Shown: positions 39,974-50,149 of the stretch, one piece after another
How the letters are laid out: every line of letters starts with the position of its first letter
Position numbering within the stretch: position 1 is the stretch's first letter
IMG/VR virus record: IMGVR_UViG_3300045988_046933
Location: 1 to 64,000 of that record
From: a virus
Strand: one strand, 5' to 3'
Length of the DNA stretch: 64,000 bases
Position numbers and translations under genes: made by a program
The notes under the pieces: model-generated
Database searches by the model: none
What the model was told of the DNA's origin: nothing
Seen by the model: the letters and a program-made list of their open reading frames with translations, nothing else

Positions 39974-42592
39974 TTATCTTCTTCTTTTATTTTTTCTTCT
40001 ACTGCCTGGTGTAGCTATCTCTTCTGCTAAGGGGTGTCCTGCTGACAATCCTCCTAATGCTCCAGATTCAGCTAATCTTCTTATTATATTCATTGATTTA
40101 TTTTCATATCCCATATCTCCTAATGCTGATAAGAATTCAGATATATTAGCAGCTCTATTAGCTTCAGCAGCATCTTTAATACCCTGTCTCATTTGGGCAG
40201 CAGTAGTTAAACCTGTAAGCCTTCTACCTATAGCATTAGCATAAGCTCCTTGGTTAGCTGTATCAGCTTGTAAAGCACCTTGTGAATTATATTGATTAGT
40301 AGCTCTATTAAATTCCTCTACTTGTGCTCTTCTAGCAAAGTTTTCTTTGTCTGCTGCTATCTTAGCTTCTCCTAATCTACCTATAGTATTATAATCAGAA
40401 GCTAAAATTCCAGCTATTGCTGCTCCAGTATTTCCAGCACTTTGATTAGCTATAGCTCTTCTTGAAGCTGCTGCATCAGCATCCATTCTATTAAGAAGAT
40501 AATCAGTATCAAAAGGTCTGTACTTTAAATAATTTCCTAATCTCTCAAATCCTACAGGTTTATAATCAGCTCTACTAGCATCTTCAATTCTAGCTGCATT
40601 TTCATATTCAGGATTATTAGTAAGACCTAAAGCATCTGATATTACAGCTGCACCTAAGCCTATAGCAGGAGCATATCTAAGAGCTTCATTAGACCTTCCT
40701 AAATATAAAGGAGGTTCTTCTTTTCCTGCATCTTTAATTAAGTCAGGAGTTTTTATTCTATCATTTAGATTATTAGGAAATAGACCATTAGGCATTAAAC
40801 TGTTTGCTTTTCCTCTTTTATACTGTGCAAACATATCTCCTACATGCATTATTCCTGTATTCTTATCTACTGCCAGTTTTTTAGCAGTATTAAATAAATT
40901 ATCTGAAATAGCCCAATCATCTATAGTATTTCTATTTTCATACCATTCAGGAGAAGTATCTATAAAGTTTTGAATTGCTGCATATCTAGGAGACTTTTTC
41001 TGTTCTTCAGTTGCATTATCATAGAAGTTAAATTGGTCCTTCAAATGCTTTTTGAACATATCTACATTATACACATTATTAATAAAATCTGTATACTCTT
41101 TATTATATTCTCCTTTATCATTCATCCAAAATGGTTTGTCATAACCATAATAATTAGGTACTCCTTTATAAGGATTTATAGCCGTAGGCATCCAAGTATT
41201 ATTAAATATTGTAGGACTACTTGGATTTGGCTGCTCTAAAAGATTATTCCATAAAGGAGTCTCTCCTAAATTATTCCAATTAAAGTCTGTTTCTTTTGTA
41301 TCTCCGCCTGTTTTAAACTTATTTATCCTACCACCATAAGCAGATTTATTTTCATTTATTCTAATAGATTCATTAGCTCTTTCTGCTTCTTGTGCATTTG
41401 CTAAATCAGCTAATACTTCCATTGCAGTGTCTCTGCTAATAGAGTCATTTGGTCTTTCTTCATAACTTTTAGTAAGATATTTAACTGCATCAGCAAATGT
41501 CATATTATCTCTTAATTTATATTTCTTTCTCACATCTTTAGGTACTTGTAGTCTATTACTATAGACATAATCATTAAATACTACTTCTCCTTGCTCAACT
41601 AAATTAGGAGTTCCTTCAGAATCTGCTCCCATAGGTACTCCTTCATAAGGATTATTTTCATGGGTATCTCCATTATCAATATAAGTTAAACCTGTCATAA
41701 AATCTGAACCATTAGTATTCAGATGTCCTCCAAAAGCATGTTTCCAATGAGAAGCATTCTGAGCAAAGATTGCTCTTTTCCTAGTTAATGGATTTTTACT
41801 ATGTGTTAATTCTTCTGTAGTCTTACCAGTTCTTTTCTTAGTAGCATTAAACTTTCCTCTATTTGCTGGATTAATATGTATACTTCCACCATCAGAGTAC
41901 TTATTTATAAAACCTCCTAGTGCTGCATAATTAGATTCTAAGGAGTTCAAAATACCTGTATTAATATTATCAGCATTTAGCTCTAGAGTATCTATAGCAT
42001 AATCATTAGCATCTCTCATTTCAGCTCTTAATCTTTTAGCTTTTTTAGCTACTTTATTTGAGAACCAACCATCATCACCTATATAACTATTAGAGAAATT
42101 AGCATTTCCTAATGCTAGGTTATTAGCCATATTAGCTAGAGTATCTGTACTATTAGCATCAGCTTGTAATCCTCTTAAATTGCTTATGGTACTTTCAGTT
42201 TTATTTATATTCTCTTCATTCCATTTAGCACCAAATGCTCTATTAACTAGACCACTTGCCACATTTGTTGCAGCACTTGCTACAGCTCCCCAAGGACCTG
42301 GAATAGCTCCAGCTACATTACTTAGTCCTCCAAGAATATTTCCTGCTTTACTACCATAACCTCCTCCAATAAGATTGCCAGCAGCACTACCAAGTGCTGA
42401 AGAAGCTGCTCCTATCATATTAGCAGCTCCTGTAGACATTCCCTTAAAGGCTCCTGTAGTAATATTACCATTCTTATCAGGATTGCCTGACAGAGTGTTA
42501 TATAGCTTATTTAAGCTTCCTCCAATATTATAATAATTATTTCTATAACTTAATAGTTTGTTATATCTTTTATTACCTATTTTATTGACCAT
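39974..42592 (-). CDS. virion/ejected protein with Gly/Ala-zipper regions and a basic C-terminal tail
   Basis: 872 aa. The N-terminus reads GAANMIGAASSALGSAAGNLIGGGYGSKAGNILGGLSNVAGAIPGPWGAVASAA. The C-terminus ends in PGSRRKNKRRR. Confidence 0.6.
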   Translation of the reverse strand: MVNKIGNKRYNKLLSYRNNYYNIGGSLNKLYNTLSGNPDKNGNITTGAFKGMSTGAANMIGAASSALGSAAGNLIGGGYGSKAGNILGGLSNVAGAIPGPWGAVASAATNVASGLVNRAFGAKWNEENINKTESTISNLRGLQADANSTDTLANMANNLALGNANFSNSYIGDDGWFSNKVAKKAKRLRAEMRDANDYAIDTLELNADNINTGILNSLESNYAALGGFINKYSDGGSIHINPANRGKFNATKKRTGKTTEELTHSKNPLTRKRAIFAQNASHWKHAFGGHLNTNGSDFMTGLTYIDNGDTHENNPYEGVPMGADSEGTPNLVEQGEVVFNDYVYSNRLQVPKDVRKKYKLRDNMTFADAVKYLTKSYEERPNDSISRDTAMEVLADLANAQEAERANESIRINENKSAYGGRINKFKTGGDTKETDFNWNNLGETPLWNNLLEQPNPSSPTIFNNTWMPTAINPYKGVPNYYGYDKPFWMNDKGEYNKEYTDFINNVYNVDMFKKHLKDQFNFYDNATEEQKKSPRYAAIQNFIDTSPEWYENRNTIDDWAISDNLFNTAKKLAVDKNTGIMHVGDMFAQYKRGKANSLMPNGLFPNNLNDRIKTPDLIKDAGKEEPPLYLGRSNEALRYAPAIGLGAAVISDALGLTNNPEYENAARIEDASRADYKPVGFERLGNYLKYRPFDTDYLLNRMDADAAASRRAIANQSAGNTGAAIAGILASDYNTIGRLGEAKIAADKENFARRAQVEEFNRATNQYNSQGALQADTANQGAYANAIGRRLTGLTTAAQMRQGIKDAAEANRAANISEFLSALGDMGYENKSMNIIRRLAESGALGGLSAGHPLAEEIATPGSRRKNKRRR

Positions 42593-42611
42593 AACTTATT
42601 AAATTTATTTG

Positions 42612-42642
42612 CAAAGATAATTAAAATAAATGATTAAACAAA
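42612..42642 (-). promoter_or_regulatory. Bacteroidota-type promoter for the 872/527/2809-aa unit
   Basis: Minus strand: TTTG (42642-42639), a 19-nt spacer, then TATCTTTG (42619-12) followed by CAAA. It lies 20 nt upstream of the ATG at 42592. Confidence 0.6.
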
Positions 42643-42649
42643 GTTTATA

Positions 42650-42695
42650 AATACAAAAATAATAGGGACATAAGATTTCTCTTACATCCCTATTA
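42650..42695 (-). terminator. rho-independent terminator after the 1562-aa gene
   Basis: TAATAGGGA pairs with TCCCTATTA (42660-42668 / 42687-42695), with an inner TAAGA/TCTTA stem. TTATTTTTGT follows on the minus strand. Confidence 0.7.
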
Positions 42696-42697
42696 AA

Positions 42698-45600
42698 TTA
42701 AATTGAATATATTGAAGATATATTATGTAATATAAAATCAAATCTAGTGTCATATCTAGTATCATCTGTAGGTGTACTATTAAATGTAGGTGTACTATTA
42801 AATCCTAATTCTATTGCAGTCCAACTATCTCTTAGTCTTTGTAACTTGTTTGCTCTAGGTAGTTGAGCTTTCCATGTCCTAAACTTCTTCTGTACAGAGA
42901 CATCATCAAAGAAAGTGTTCTTAATAGAGTTAGTAAGTTTCTTTACTCCTGTATCTTGATAATCATTATAAGCCCTTATCCAATCAAATGTACTTCTTGA
43001 TGTATCCAAAGCTCCTCTATCAATAGAAGCTTTATATTCTATAGTATCAAATATCTTTGTTATTGTTGGATTTTCATTACTTATAAATGTGAATTTTGGT
43101 AACTTTACATAACCAAAAAATTCATTTGGGAATCCTTTATTATTCTTGTAGAGATTTAAAGGAGGCAGATATTCACTCTTTTCTATATTTTTAGTACTAA
43201 TAGAAATGAAATCATTTTCTATGTTATCCATAACAACATTACTATAACTCATTCTAGATGTAAAGTTTCCTAGTTTCTCAGAATAACATAAAGAGTTTTC
43301 ATTTAATTCTTCATCTTCTATTAGATTAATATACAAGTCATTATTGATATTATCATAACTTAATATTTTAGAACCTCTTTCAGGAAATTTTACATTATCA
43401 TTATGTTCTCTGAACCACCAAGAACATCCAGCAGTCTCTCCTATATTGGATAAAGAACCATTGAATAACCAAAATGACGAAGCATTATTATCAATAAAGT
43501 ATATTCCTTGAGGAGTCTCTTTAGTATGCAGTCTATCTTGGCAACCTATTTTATTACTAATTATTTGAGTACCTTGCATTTTCTGTGAGTTACCTATTTC
43601 AATAGGCACTCCATCAGAAGCAGATATTTGAACTCTATCATTGTATAGTAATCTTATTGTAGCATGTTCTTGAAAAGCTATTAACAGTTCATTGAATTTA
43701 TTTATAGAAGTTACCTTACCACAATCTCCATTTAAGTCTATACTATTAGCCAGTGTAATATGAGTCCATTCATCTACATCACTTAATGCTGTATGAGGAG
43801 ATGTCCATATTACTTGGAGTGGGTATTTATTACTTCTATATGTAAAATCATCTAATATTCTGTAATTAAATATATTATCTTCTTGACTATATGAATCATT
43901 CATTAGATTAAAATTAATAGGTGATACATGTAAATTATCTTGTTTTAATCTGTTTCTATCATATCTACCATCCAAATTAATGTAGGATTCACACATAAAA
44001 GATAGTATTTCTATAATATTATTTTCATTATCCTTATTATATGGATAAGTTTTTAAACAATCGTATCTTTGATAATATGTATCACCTCTATCATATATAA
44101 GTTCATCTGCATCAAGAGACACAGGTTCACCTCCTGGAAGCCAAAGATTATTAAGAACTGCATCCTCAGAATCTCCATTAAAAAGATTAACTGGAACACT
44201 TCTCTCTAGATTAGCTAAAAATAAAGAACCGTCTATTATACTTGAAACATTAGAGGATATTTTATCTTGATATATTTTACTAGTTGCATCATAGAAATTA
44301 TTATGGACATCCTCACTTCCTCCACTTCCTCCACCTGTATCAATAGTGCCAGCAAATAATAATAATTTTTTATTATTAACTTCTATTGCTTCCAAGTATT
44401 TATTTTTAAAAGAACCTATTATTGTTGGATATGCATCAGGTACTATATATCTAGTATTTCTATTAGGTATTACATATTGCCATCCTAATTGTCTAACTAA
44501 TCTATAATAAGTAATTTCATCAGCTATTGAACCTTTTGTTGATGAAGGAATTGCAATTAATGTAGTATTAGGAATAGAAATATTATTTTTGCGTATTAAC
44601 TGCTGACAGGCTATGTCAATATTATGGTCATTTATTCCCCCAAGTTTTAAAACCTCATCTCTAATTTTTATCCAAGGAATTAGTAAACCTAAAGTAACAT
44701 CTGTTATAGTAGTTATAATTTTAGCACTTGGAGCTTTTTTTTGTACTTCGTTAATAGCAGTTACATTAGGACGTATCCAATATGGAGTTGTGTGAGCAGA
44801 GCTTTGATAAGGAGTATTTATGCCTGCTACAAACTCTTTATTATCTATTACACCAGTTACTAACCCAGGTAAAACTACAGGGTTTTCTTTTATGTAATTG
44901 GTAGAAAATACTAGATGAGGAGATGATTTATATGAAATTCTTGTACCTGCATTATAAAAAGCATATTTACTATCAACATCAGTTGGAATTTTTATATCAC
45001 TTTTTTTTAACTCAAAATCATTTATTGGGTTTATAAATTTCTTTTGTCCTTTTACTATCTTTACAGTATCAACATTTCCATAATAATTAATATCGTCTAA
45101 ATTAGAATTACCAGGAGTATTTAATTTTACAAGGGATATATCGTTACTATTAAATAATGATACTTTTGTAATGCCTGCTGGGTATTTATAGGGAGTATTG
45201 AAATAATAATTATTGTAGCTAAATAATAGATTAGATATAGTTTTTGACTTTAAAACAGAACTTCTACTTTTTCCATCTTCCTTTGCTATATCATTATTTA
45301 TTGAACCTCCTACTTGCCAAGGATATATAAACCATCTATAAGATTCAGAATTTTCTACTATTGATGAATCATTCTTTAAAACAGAACTTTGATATAAAGC
45401 TTCATTATATAATCTGTCACCTGTAGGAATAATTTTCATAAAACCCTGAGAATTACTATTCCCAAATGTAGGTGGTGGAGTTAAAGTATCAACATTAATA
45501 TCAGATAAATATTTTATATTATATATTAATCCTGTAATACTTATATCTACAAATTCTTGTTCTATGGATGATGTGATTTCTTCAAATTCTAACTCTGGGG

Positions 45601-47386
45601 AGTTTAAAGTTAAAATAGACTGGTCAACCATATACTCAATAGATTTATTTTTTAAAGTACGTATATTCAATTTATTCAATAATAAATTACCTTCTCCTTG
45701 CACTTCTTCATTTAAATAGTTATCAGAAGGGTCTGTATCAGAGAAAGAATGTTCATGTAGTGTATAATTTAATGGCTGATAAGGTCTGGATGCTATCTTT
45801 CTTAGAGAACCATCTGAAATTGGAGTAGTATAACTATCTAACGATGAAGAACTTAAAGGTCTAAAAAACCAAGAAGCCTGTGCAAAAGGAGCATTATTAT
45901 ATCTATCATGTACTTCAAAAATAGTAGGATTTATAACTCCTTGTGTAATTATGATTCTTTCATGTGGTTTAGGCAATACTACAACTCCTCTAATTTTTTT
46001 AAATTCAGAATTTTGAGCAATAGTAATTATTCTTTTTAGTAAATCATTTTTTAAATCCAATTTTAAAGAATTTAATTCTATGTTACCATTGTTATTAACT
46101 CTGTTATTATTACTAGATATTTGAATATCCTTTAAGAATATAGGTTCTGACCATTTTCCTGTTTTATATTGAAATTGTATTCCTAATCTATAATAATTAT
46201 CTTTTCTAAAAGAAGTTATGCTTTTACATGTATTTAATTCAAATTGCTTATTTGGTTTAGTATTATTGTCTATATTTAAAGTTCTTCCAAACTCTGTAAT
46301 AGAAATACCATCTTTATGTTGTTTTATTAAATCTTTAATTTGTGTTGAAATATAAGGCTTTTTTATTTCAATATTTCCTAAAAATAAGGTATTGTCTTTT
46401 TCACAAAAACATCCTGCAATTATTTCTTCACCTCCTATAAATAGAAGCTTACTTGGGTCTTCTGTATAACCAGTAGTTCCAGTATCTGTAAAAACAATTT
46501 CTTTCTCATTTATTTCACTATTTATATCCTTTTGTAAAAAAATATCATGTACTACTTTAAATTGAGGTGTAGTATTTTGTGATGTTCTATGTATAGAATA
46601 CACTCTGAGATAATCAAATTTAGTTTCAGTATTCTTTATAGATATTGTAAAAGCATTATTAACTGTTTCTTCAGGATTACCTCCTCTATTGTAGGGAGAA
46701 ATATATAGTAATGGTGTAATGTAGAATATATTACTTTCTTGCCCATACTTATTATAATAAGTAAAAGCATATTGTATTGTACCTGGAGAAAATTGTCCTC
46801 CAACTACTTTCGACACACTTACTTCTTCATTTAATAATAAATTAGGAACAAAATCAAAGTTTCCTTCTGGATATAATTCTTCATAGTCTGTAATAGTACT
46901 AAGGTCTTTATTATATAATTTATCAGCAACTATATTAATAAATCTTGGTTGATTATATCCATCTGTCCAATATACTTTCTGTACTAAAGGACTTTCATAA
47001 TTACCTAAAGTCTGAATTAAGTGATTTCTTTTAAAGTTTAAAACACCATCAAATAATGTTTCTGAAGTATAACTATAACCATTTTTAGTTATTCTGGTAA
47101 TATAATCTTCTCCTGTATAAGTAGCTTCATCATCTGTATCTTCACTATCGGTTGTAAACACAATTAAGTATTTACCTAAAACACAATGTCCTATATAATA
47201 AGTACCTTTAATCTTAACATTTTCTACTAAGCTAGGACCTACTTCATTAGTCATTGAAAGAAAACTTTCATTATCCTTTCTAGTAAATCTAATGTTCAAA
47301 GCATCCCATAAAAAAGAACTATCTTGATTGATAGGGTGTACATCCCTTTTTATACCTTTAAATACATGATTATCTTTCTGCATCAT
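42698..47386 (-). CDS. large tail structural protein (1562 aa), function unknown
   Basis: Long ORF that ends the tail unit. It is beta-rich and low in charge, and it contains GGGSGGSEDV and a duplicated FNSTPT near the C-terminus. Confidence 0.55.
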   Translation of the reverse strand: MMQKDNHVFKGIKRDVHPINQDSSFLWDALNIRFTRKDNESFLSMTNEVGPSLVENVKIKGTYYIGHCVLGKYLIVFTTDSEDTDDEATYTGEDYITRITKNGYSYTSETLFDGVLNFKRNHLIQTLGNYESPLVQKVYWTDGYNQPRFINIVADKLYNKDLSTITDYEELYPEGNFDFVPNLLLNEEVSVSKVVGGQFSPGTIQYAFTYYNKYGQESNIFYITPLLYISPYNRGGNPEETVNNAFTISIKNTETKFDYLRVYSIHRTSQNTTPQFKVVHDIFLQKDINSEINEKEIVFTDTGTTGYTEDPSKLLFIGGEEIIAGCFCEKDNTLFLGNIEIKKPYISTQIKDLIKQHKDGISITEFGRTLNIDNNTKPNKQFELNTCKSITSFRKDNYYRLGIQFQYKTGKWSEPIFLKDIQISSNNNRVNNNGNIELNSLKLDLKNDLLKRIITIAQNSEFKKIRGVVVLPKPHERIIITQGVINPTIFEVHDRYNNAPFAQASWFFRPLSSSSLDSYTTPISDGSLRKIASRPYQPLNYTLHEHSFSDTDPSDNYLNEEVQGEGNLLLNKLNIRTLKNKSIEYMVDQSILTLNSPELEFEEITSSIEQEFVDISITGLIYNIKYLSDINVDTLTPPPTFGNSNSQGFMKIIPTGDRLYNEALYQSSVLKNDSSIVENSESYRWFIYPWQVGGSINNDIAKEDGKSRSSVLKSKTISNLLFSYNNYYFNTPYKYPAGITKVSLFNSNDISLVKLNTPGNSNLDDINYYGNVDTVKIVKGQKKFINPINDFELKKSDIKIPTDVDSKYAFYNAGTRISYKSSPHLVFSTNYIKENPVVLPGLVTGVIDNKEFVAGINTPYQSSAHTTPYWIRPNVTAINEVQKKAPSAKIITTITDVTLGLLIPWIKIRDEVLKLGGINDHNIDIACQQLIRKNNISIPNTTLIAIPSSTKGSIADEITYYRLVRQLGWQYVIPNRNTRYIVPDAYPTIIGSFKNKYLEAIEVNNKKLLLFAGTIDTGGGSGGSEDVHNNFYDATSKIYQDKISSNVSSIIDGSLFLANLERSVPVNLFNGDSEDAVLNNLWLPGGEPVSLDADELIYDRGDTYYQRYDCLKTYPYNKDNENNIIEILSFMCESYINLDGRYDRNRLKQDNLHVSPINFNLMNDSYSQEDNIFNYRILDDFTYRSNKYPLQVIWTSPHTALSDVDEWTHITLANSIDLNGDCGKVTSINKFNELLIAFQEHATIRLLYNDRVQISASDGVPIEIGNSQKMQGTQIISNKIGCQDRLHTKETPQGIYFIDNNASSFWLFNGSLSNIGETAGCSWWFREHNDNVKFPERGSKILSYDNINNDLYINLIEDEELNENSLCYSEKLGNFTSRMSYSNVVMDNIENDFISISTKNIEKSEYLPPLNLYKNNKGFPNEFFGYVKLPKFTFISNENPTITKIFDTIEYKASIDRGALDTSRSTFDWIRAYNDYQDTGVKKLTNSIKNTFFDDVSVQKKFRTWKAQLPRANKLQRLRDSWTAIELGFNSTPTFNSTPTDDTRYDTRFDFILHNISSIYSI
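42767..42802 (-). repeat. perfect 18-bp tandem duplication inside the 1562-aa gene
   Basis: TGTAGGTGTACTATTAAA occurs twice (42767-42784 and 42785-42802). It encodes FNSTPT-FNSTPT in frame. Confidence 0.9.
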
Positions 47387-47388
47387 AA

Positions 47389-48063
47389 TTAATTATATCT
47401 TAAACCTTCTCTGACATTACTAGCTTTAAATGCACTATCTCCAAGATTAGTTCTTGGAACTAGAGTATTTATCATATTAGTAAAGCTTCTCATTTCATCA
47501 ATAGAAGGCATTATTAAACTAGATTGAGCTTGTCCTACAGCCCAAGCATATTCCTGTTGTATGTTACTATAGATAGTGCTTGATAATTTACCTTGGTCAA
47601 ATAATATAGTAAACTTTATTTTCTTAATATATAATTCAAGTGCTCTAATGAAAGCTTCATTATTTACTATCATTGGATACCCTTCATCATCTATAGGAAT
47701 TGCTTTATAAGATATTTCTATCTCATCCTCTTTGTTAGATGTAAATATTACAGTTCCTTGTATTTTATAAGTTTTTCTATCTGTTTTATCTTCTGCATAA
47801 TGGAATGTATCAGTACTTGATATATACATATCATGTGATTTCTTGCTTCTTACTTGATTGATACTTATAAAGTCACAGGGTAATAAAGCTCTATGTTCTT
47901 TCACTTCAAGAGTTTCTACCTTCTCTATAAATATCTTGGGAGAGCCTACTAGTTGCATAAATCTTACAGTATAAGCAACAACTCTCTCCATAGTTAAATC
48001 CTGTAGCATAGGATGGTCTAACAGATTATCAAGTATAACTCTTATTGATATAAATTCATTCAT
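47389..48063 (-). CDS. tail-module protein, function unknown
   Basis: 224-aa ORF lying 2 nt from the downstream gene. ATGA-type overlap with the upstream gene. Confidence 0.55.
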   Translation of the reverse strand: MNEFISIRVILDNLLDHPMLQDLTMERVVAYTVRFMQLVGSPKIFIEKVETLEVKEHRALLPCDFISINQVRSKKSHDMYISSTDTFHYAEDKTDRKTYKIQGTVIFTSNKEDEIEISYKAIPIDDEGYPMIVNNEAFIRALELYIKKIKFTILFDQGKLSSTIYSNIQQEYAWAVGQAQSSLIMPSIDEMRSFTNMINTLVPRTNLGDSAFKASNVREGLRYN

Positions 48064-49631
48064 CTTCTAATATTGTTTAATAAGTTATATACTTTAAGGA
48101 AATTATCAGCAGGATTGACCTCTACAGGTCTATCCATTATTTCAGGTATTCCTGTATATTCTTCAGTTAAATTATCTATAATTGAAGGGTCTGGAGTATA
48201 TTCTATTTGTGGAATGATAGGAGGTCTATAATCATATACAGAGGGGAGACTCTGTATTAAATTCTGTGTAACTAAATTATCCCTTAAAGGGGATTGATAG
48301 TTTCCTCCAAACATAGACCTTTCTACATTTCTTCTTTTAGCTAAACCCCTAAGCTGAGAATCTTTACTAGCCCACATAGACTTTTGAACATCTTGAATAG
48401 TAGCTTCGCCATTAAGGTACTTAGTTAATACAGGTTTAACTCTTTGCCTAAATCTTCCAGCTCCTACATTATAACTATAACTATATAGACCATCTAACTG
48501 TGACTGAGAAAGTTTAGAAGTAGCTCCTTTTGGCAATGAATAATTAAAGTCTCTTGCTTCATCTTCAAAAGACCTATTCACTTTCATTGTAGAACCTTCC
48601 CATTTAGTTATCTGCTTTTTAATTCTAGATGAAGGTTTATATCCTCCTGTTTCATATTTATTGGCTTCTGTATTTAATAGACCTCCAAATTTAGCATAAT
48701 TAGTAAAGTAGGAATTTTCATTCATTGGGGAGTATGCAACTGTTTTTAGTGCTTCTTTTATACTATCCAAGTCTTGTTCATTTACATCAGAACCTCTAAT
48801 ATAATTAGATTTTAGGGAGTTTATATGATTTTGCATATCCTCCAAGTTCATAGAGTTTATATAATCATCTAATGCTTCTTTTGTTTTATTAGTACTTCTT
48901 GATATAGTCTCCCTTAGAGAAGTATTTACAGCTCTACGCTCCTTATTAAGATTAGCTCTTTTATCTCCAGAGATATTAAGAGTTCCATAAGCCTTTCTTA
49001 ATTTTTCTTTAGATTCATTATTAAAAGATAATCCAAAGGTTGAGTCTAAAGCATGACTTAATTCATGTGCTAAGTTGGCTTCTCTATTCATATTATTATT
49101 TTCTATATAATCATTCATTATAATAGAATTTTCAAATGAATTATAAGTACCTCCAACTCCTGGGTCTCTAAAATCTTTGGAACTTCCAACATTTATAGCT
49201 ACATTATTAAAAGCTTCATTAATTTCATTTTGTGTTGGAAGATTTGAAATACCTTCTTTTTGTAGTCTATATCTATAATCATCTCTATAAAAATCTCCAA
49301 CTCTCTGTGCTTCATCTCTATGTAAAGAATTATATGGCTTATTTAATCCAAATACCTCCATTTGAGTTTTCTTAGTAAGAGGCACAGGGCTATAAGTATC
49401 TTTAGGTTTTGGCATTACTATTGGAGTATCTACTTCATCAGTACCTTCTACAATAGGTATTTTAACCTCACCTAAATTAACTGCTGGTAGTACTATCTCA
49501 TCATCATCTAAATGTCCACCATTAGCATATTTATTATAACTACTCTTTATATCCTCTAAATCATAAAGACCATTTTTCACCCCTATATTTATAAGAGCTG
49601 CTTTCTCTTTTATACTTAAGTCTTTCCACAT
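48060..49631 (-). CDS. virion-associated cell-wall hydrolase candidate: HExxH metallopeptidase module plus a C-terminal lysozyme-like module
   Basis: EANLAHELSHALDS has HExxH at nt 49053-49067 (His189). The C-terminus reads ITKWEGS...QLDGLYSYSYNVGAGRF...LRGLAKRRNVERSMF, which resembles phage lysozyme (EG...QxDALxSxxxNxG...GLxxRRxxE). Confidence 0.5.
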   Translation of the reverse strand: MWKDLSIKEKAALINIGVKNGLYDLEDIKSSYNKYANGGHLDDDEIVLPAVNLGEVKIPIVEGTDEVDTPIVMPKPKDTYSPVPLTKKTQMEVFGLNKPYNSLHRDEAQRVGDFYRDDYRYRLQKEGISNLPTQNEINEAFNNVAINVGSSKDFRDPGVGGTYNSFENSIIMNDYIENNNMNREANLAHELSHALDSTFGLSFNNESKEKLRKAYGTLNISGDKRANLNKERRAVNTSLRETISRSTNKTKEALDDYINSMNLEDMQNHINSLKSNYIRGSDVNEQDLDSIKEALKTVAYSPMNENSYFTNYAKFGGLLNTEANKYETGGYKPSSRIKKQITKWEGSTMKVNRSFEDEARDFNYSLPKGATSKLSQSQLDGLYSYSYNVGAGRFRQRVKPVLTKYLNGEATIQDVQKSMWASKDSQLRGLAKRRNVERSMFGGNYQSPLRDNLVTQNLIQSLPSVYDYRPPIIPQIEYTPDPSIIDNLTEEYTGIPEIMDRPVEVNPADNFLKVYNLLNNIRR

Positions 49632-50149
49632 AACATAAAAGCGTCTAATTTTCCTTCTTTCAATTGTTTCTTCAATGTTATTTTAGCATCTCTGTTCATC
49701 TCAAAAGAATAGAAGGATTTGTTATTATATATTGCTTTACTCTTATCATAAAGCACTTTAAATATCTCTCTTTCTTCTGCTCTTATTAATGTTCTGTTAT
49801 TATAGGCATTTTTATCCTCAGACCACAAATGAAGAGTAGCATCCCAATCAATAGGGAGATTAGTTTGTATCTTACCATTATTTAAAACTATTTTAGCTGG
49901 ATATTTTCTTAAAGTTATTTCTCCCATTCTTTCAGGTAGCTTTATAGAACCTGTATGTAAAAAGCTGTTTAATAATTCCTTATTTACAGTTCTAATGATA
50001 GAATAGAAGTCATGTTCAGATATAAAGCCAACATCTAACCATTTATTCTTTCTTAGCCATTTATAGCAATCATATACTCCTAAAGAATTATTTATTTTAT
50101 GCTTTCTGCCACTATTAACTTTAAGTATATTTTTTCTAAAATCATCCAT
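49616..50149 (-). CDS. tail-module protein, function unknown
   Basis: 177-aa ORF overlapping both neighbours. Confidence 0.55.
   Translation of the reverse strand: MDDFRKNILKVNSGRKHKINNSLGVYDCYKWLRKNKWLDVGFISEHDFYSIIRTVNKELLNSFLHTGSIKLPERMGEITLRKYPAKIVLNNGKIQTNLPIDWDATLHLWSEDKNAYNNRTLIRAEEREIFKVLYDKSKAIYNNKSFYSFEMNRDAKITLKKQLKEGKLDAFMLCGKT

Noticed and set aside
49616-50149. Possible HU/IHF-like segment (GSIKLPERMGEITLRKYPAKIVLNNGKIQTNLPI) in the 177-aa tail-module protein
   Set aside because: The resemblance to the HU beta-arm pattern is short and lacks the conserved Pro/Arg arm residues I would expect. It is kept as function unknown.
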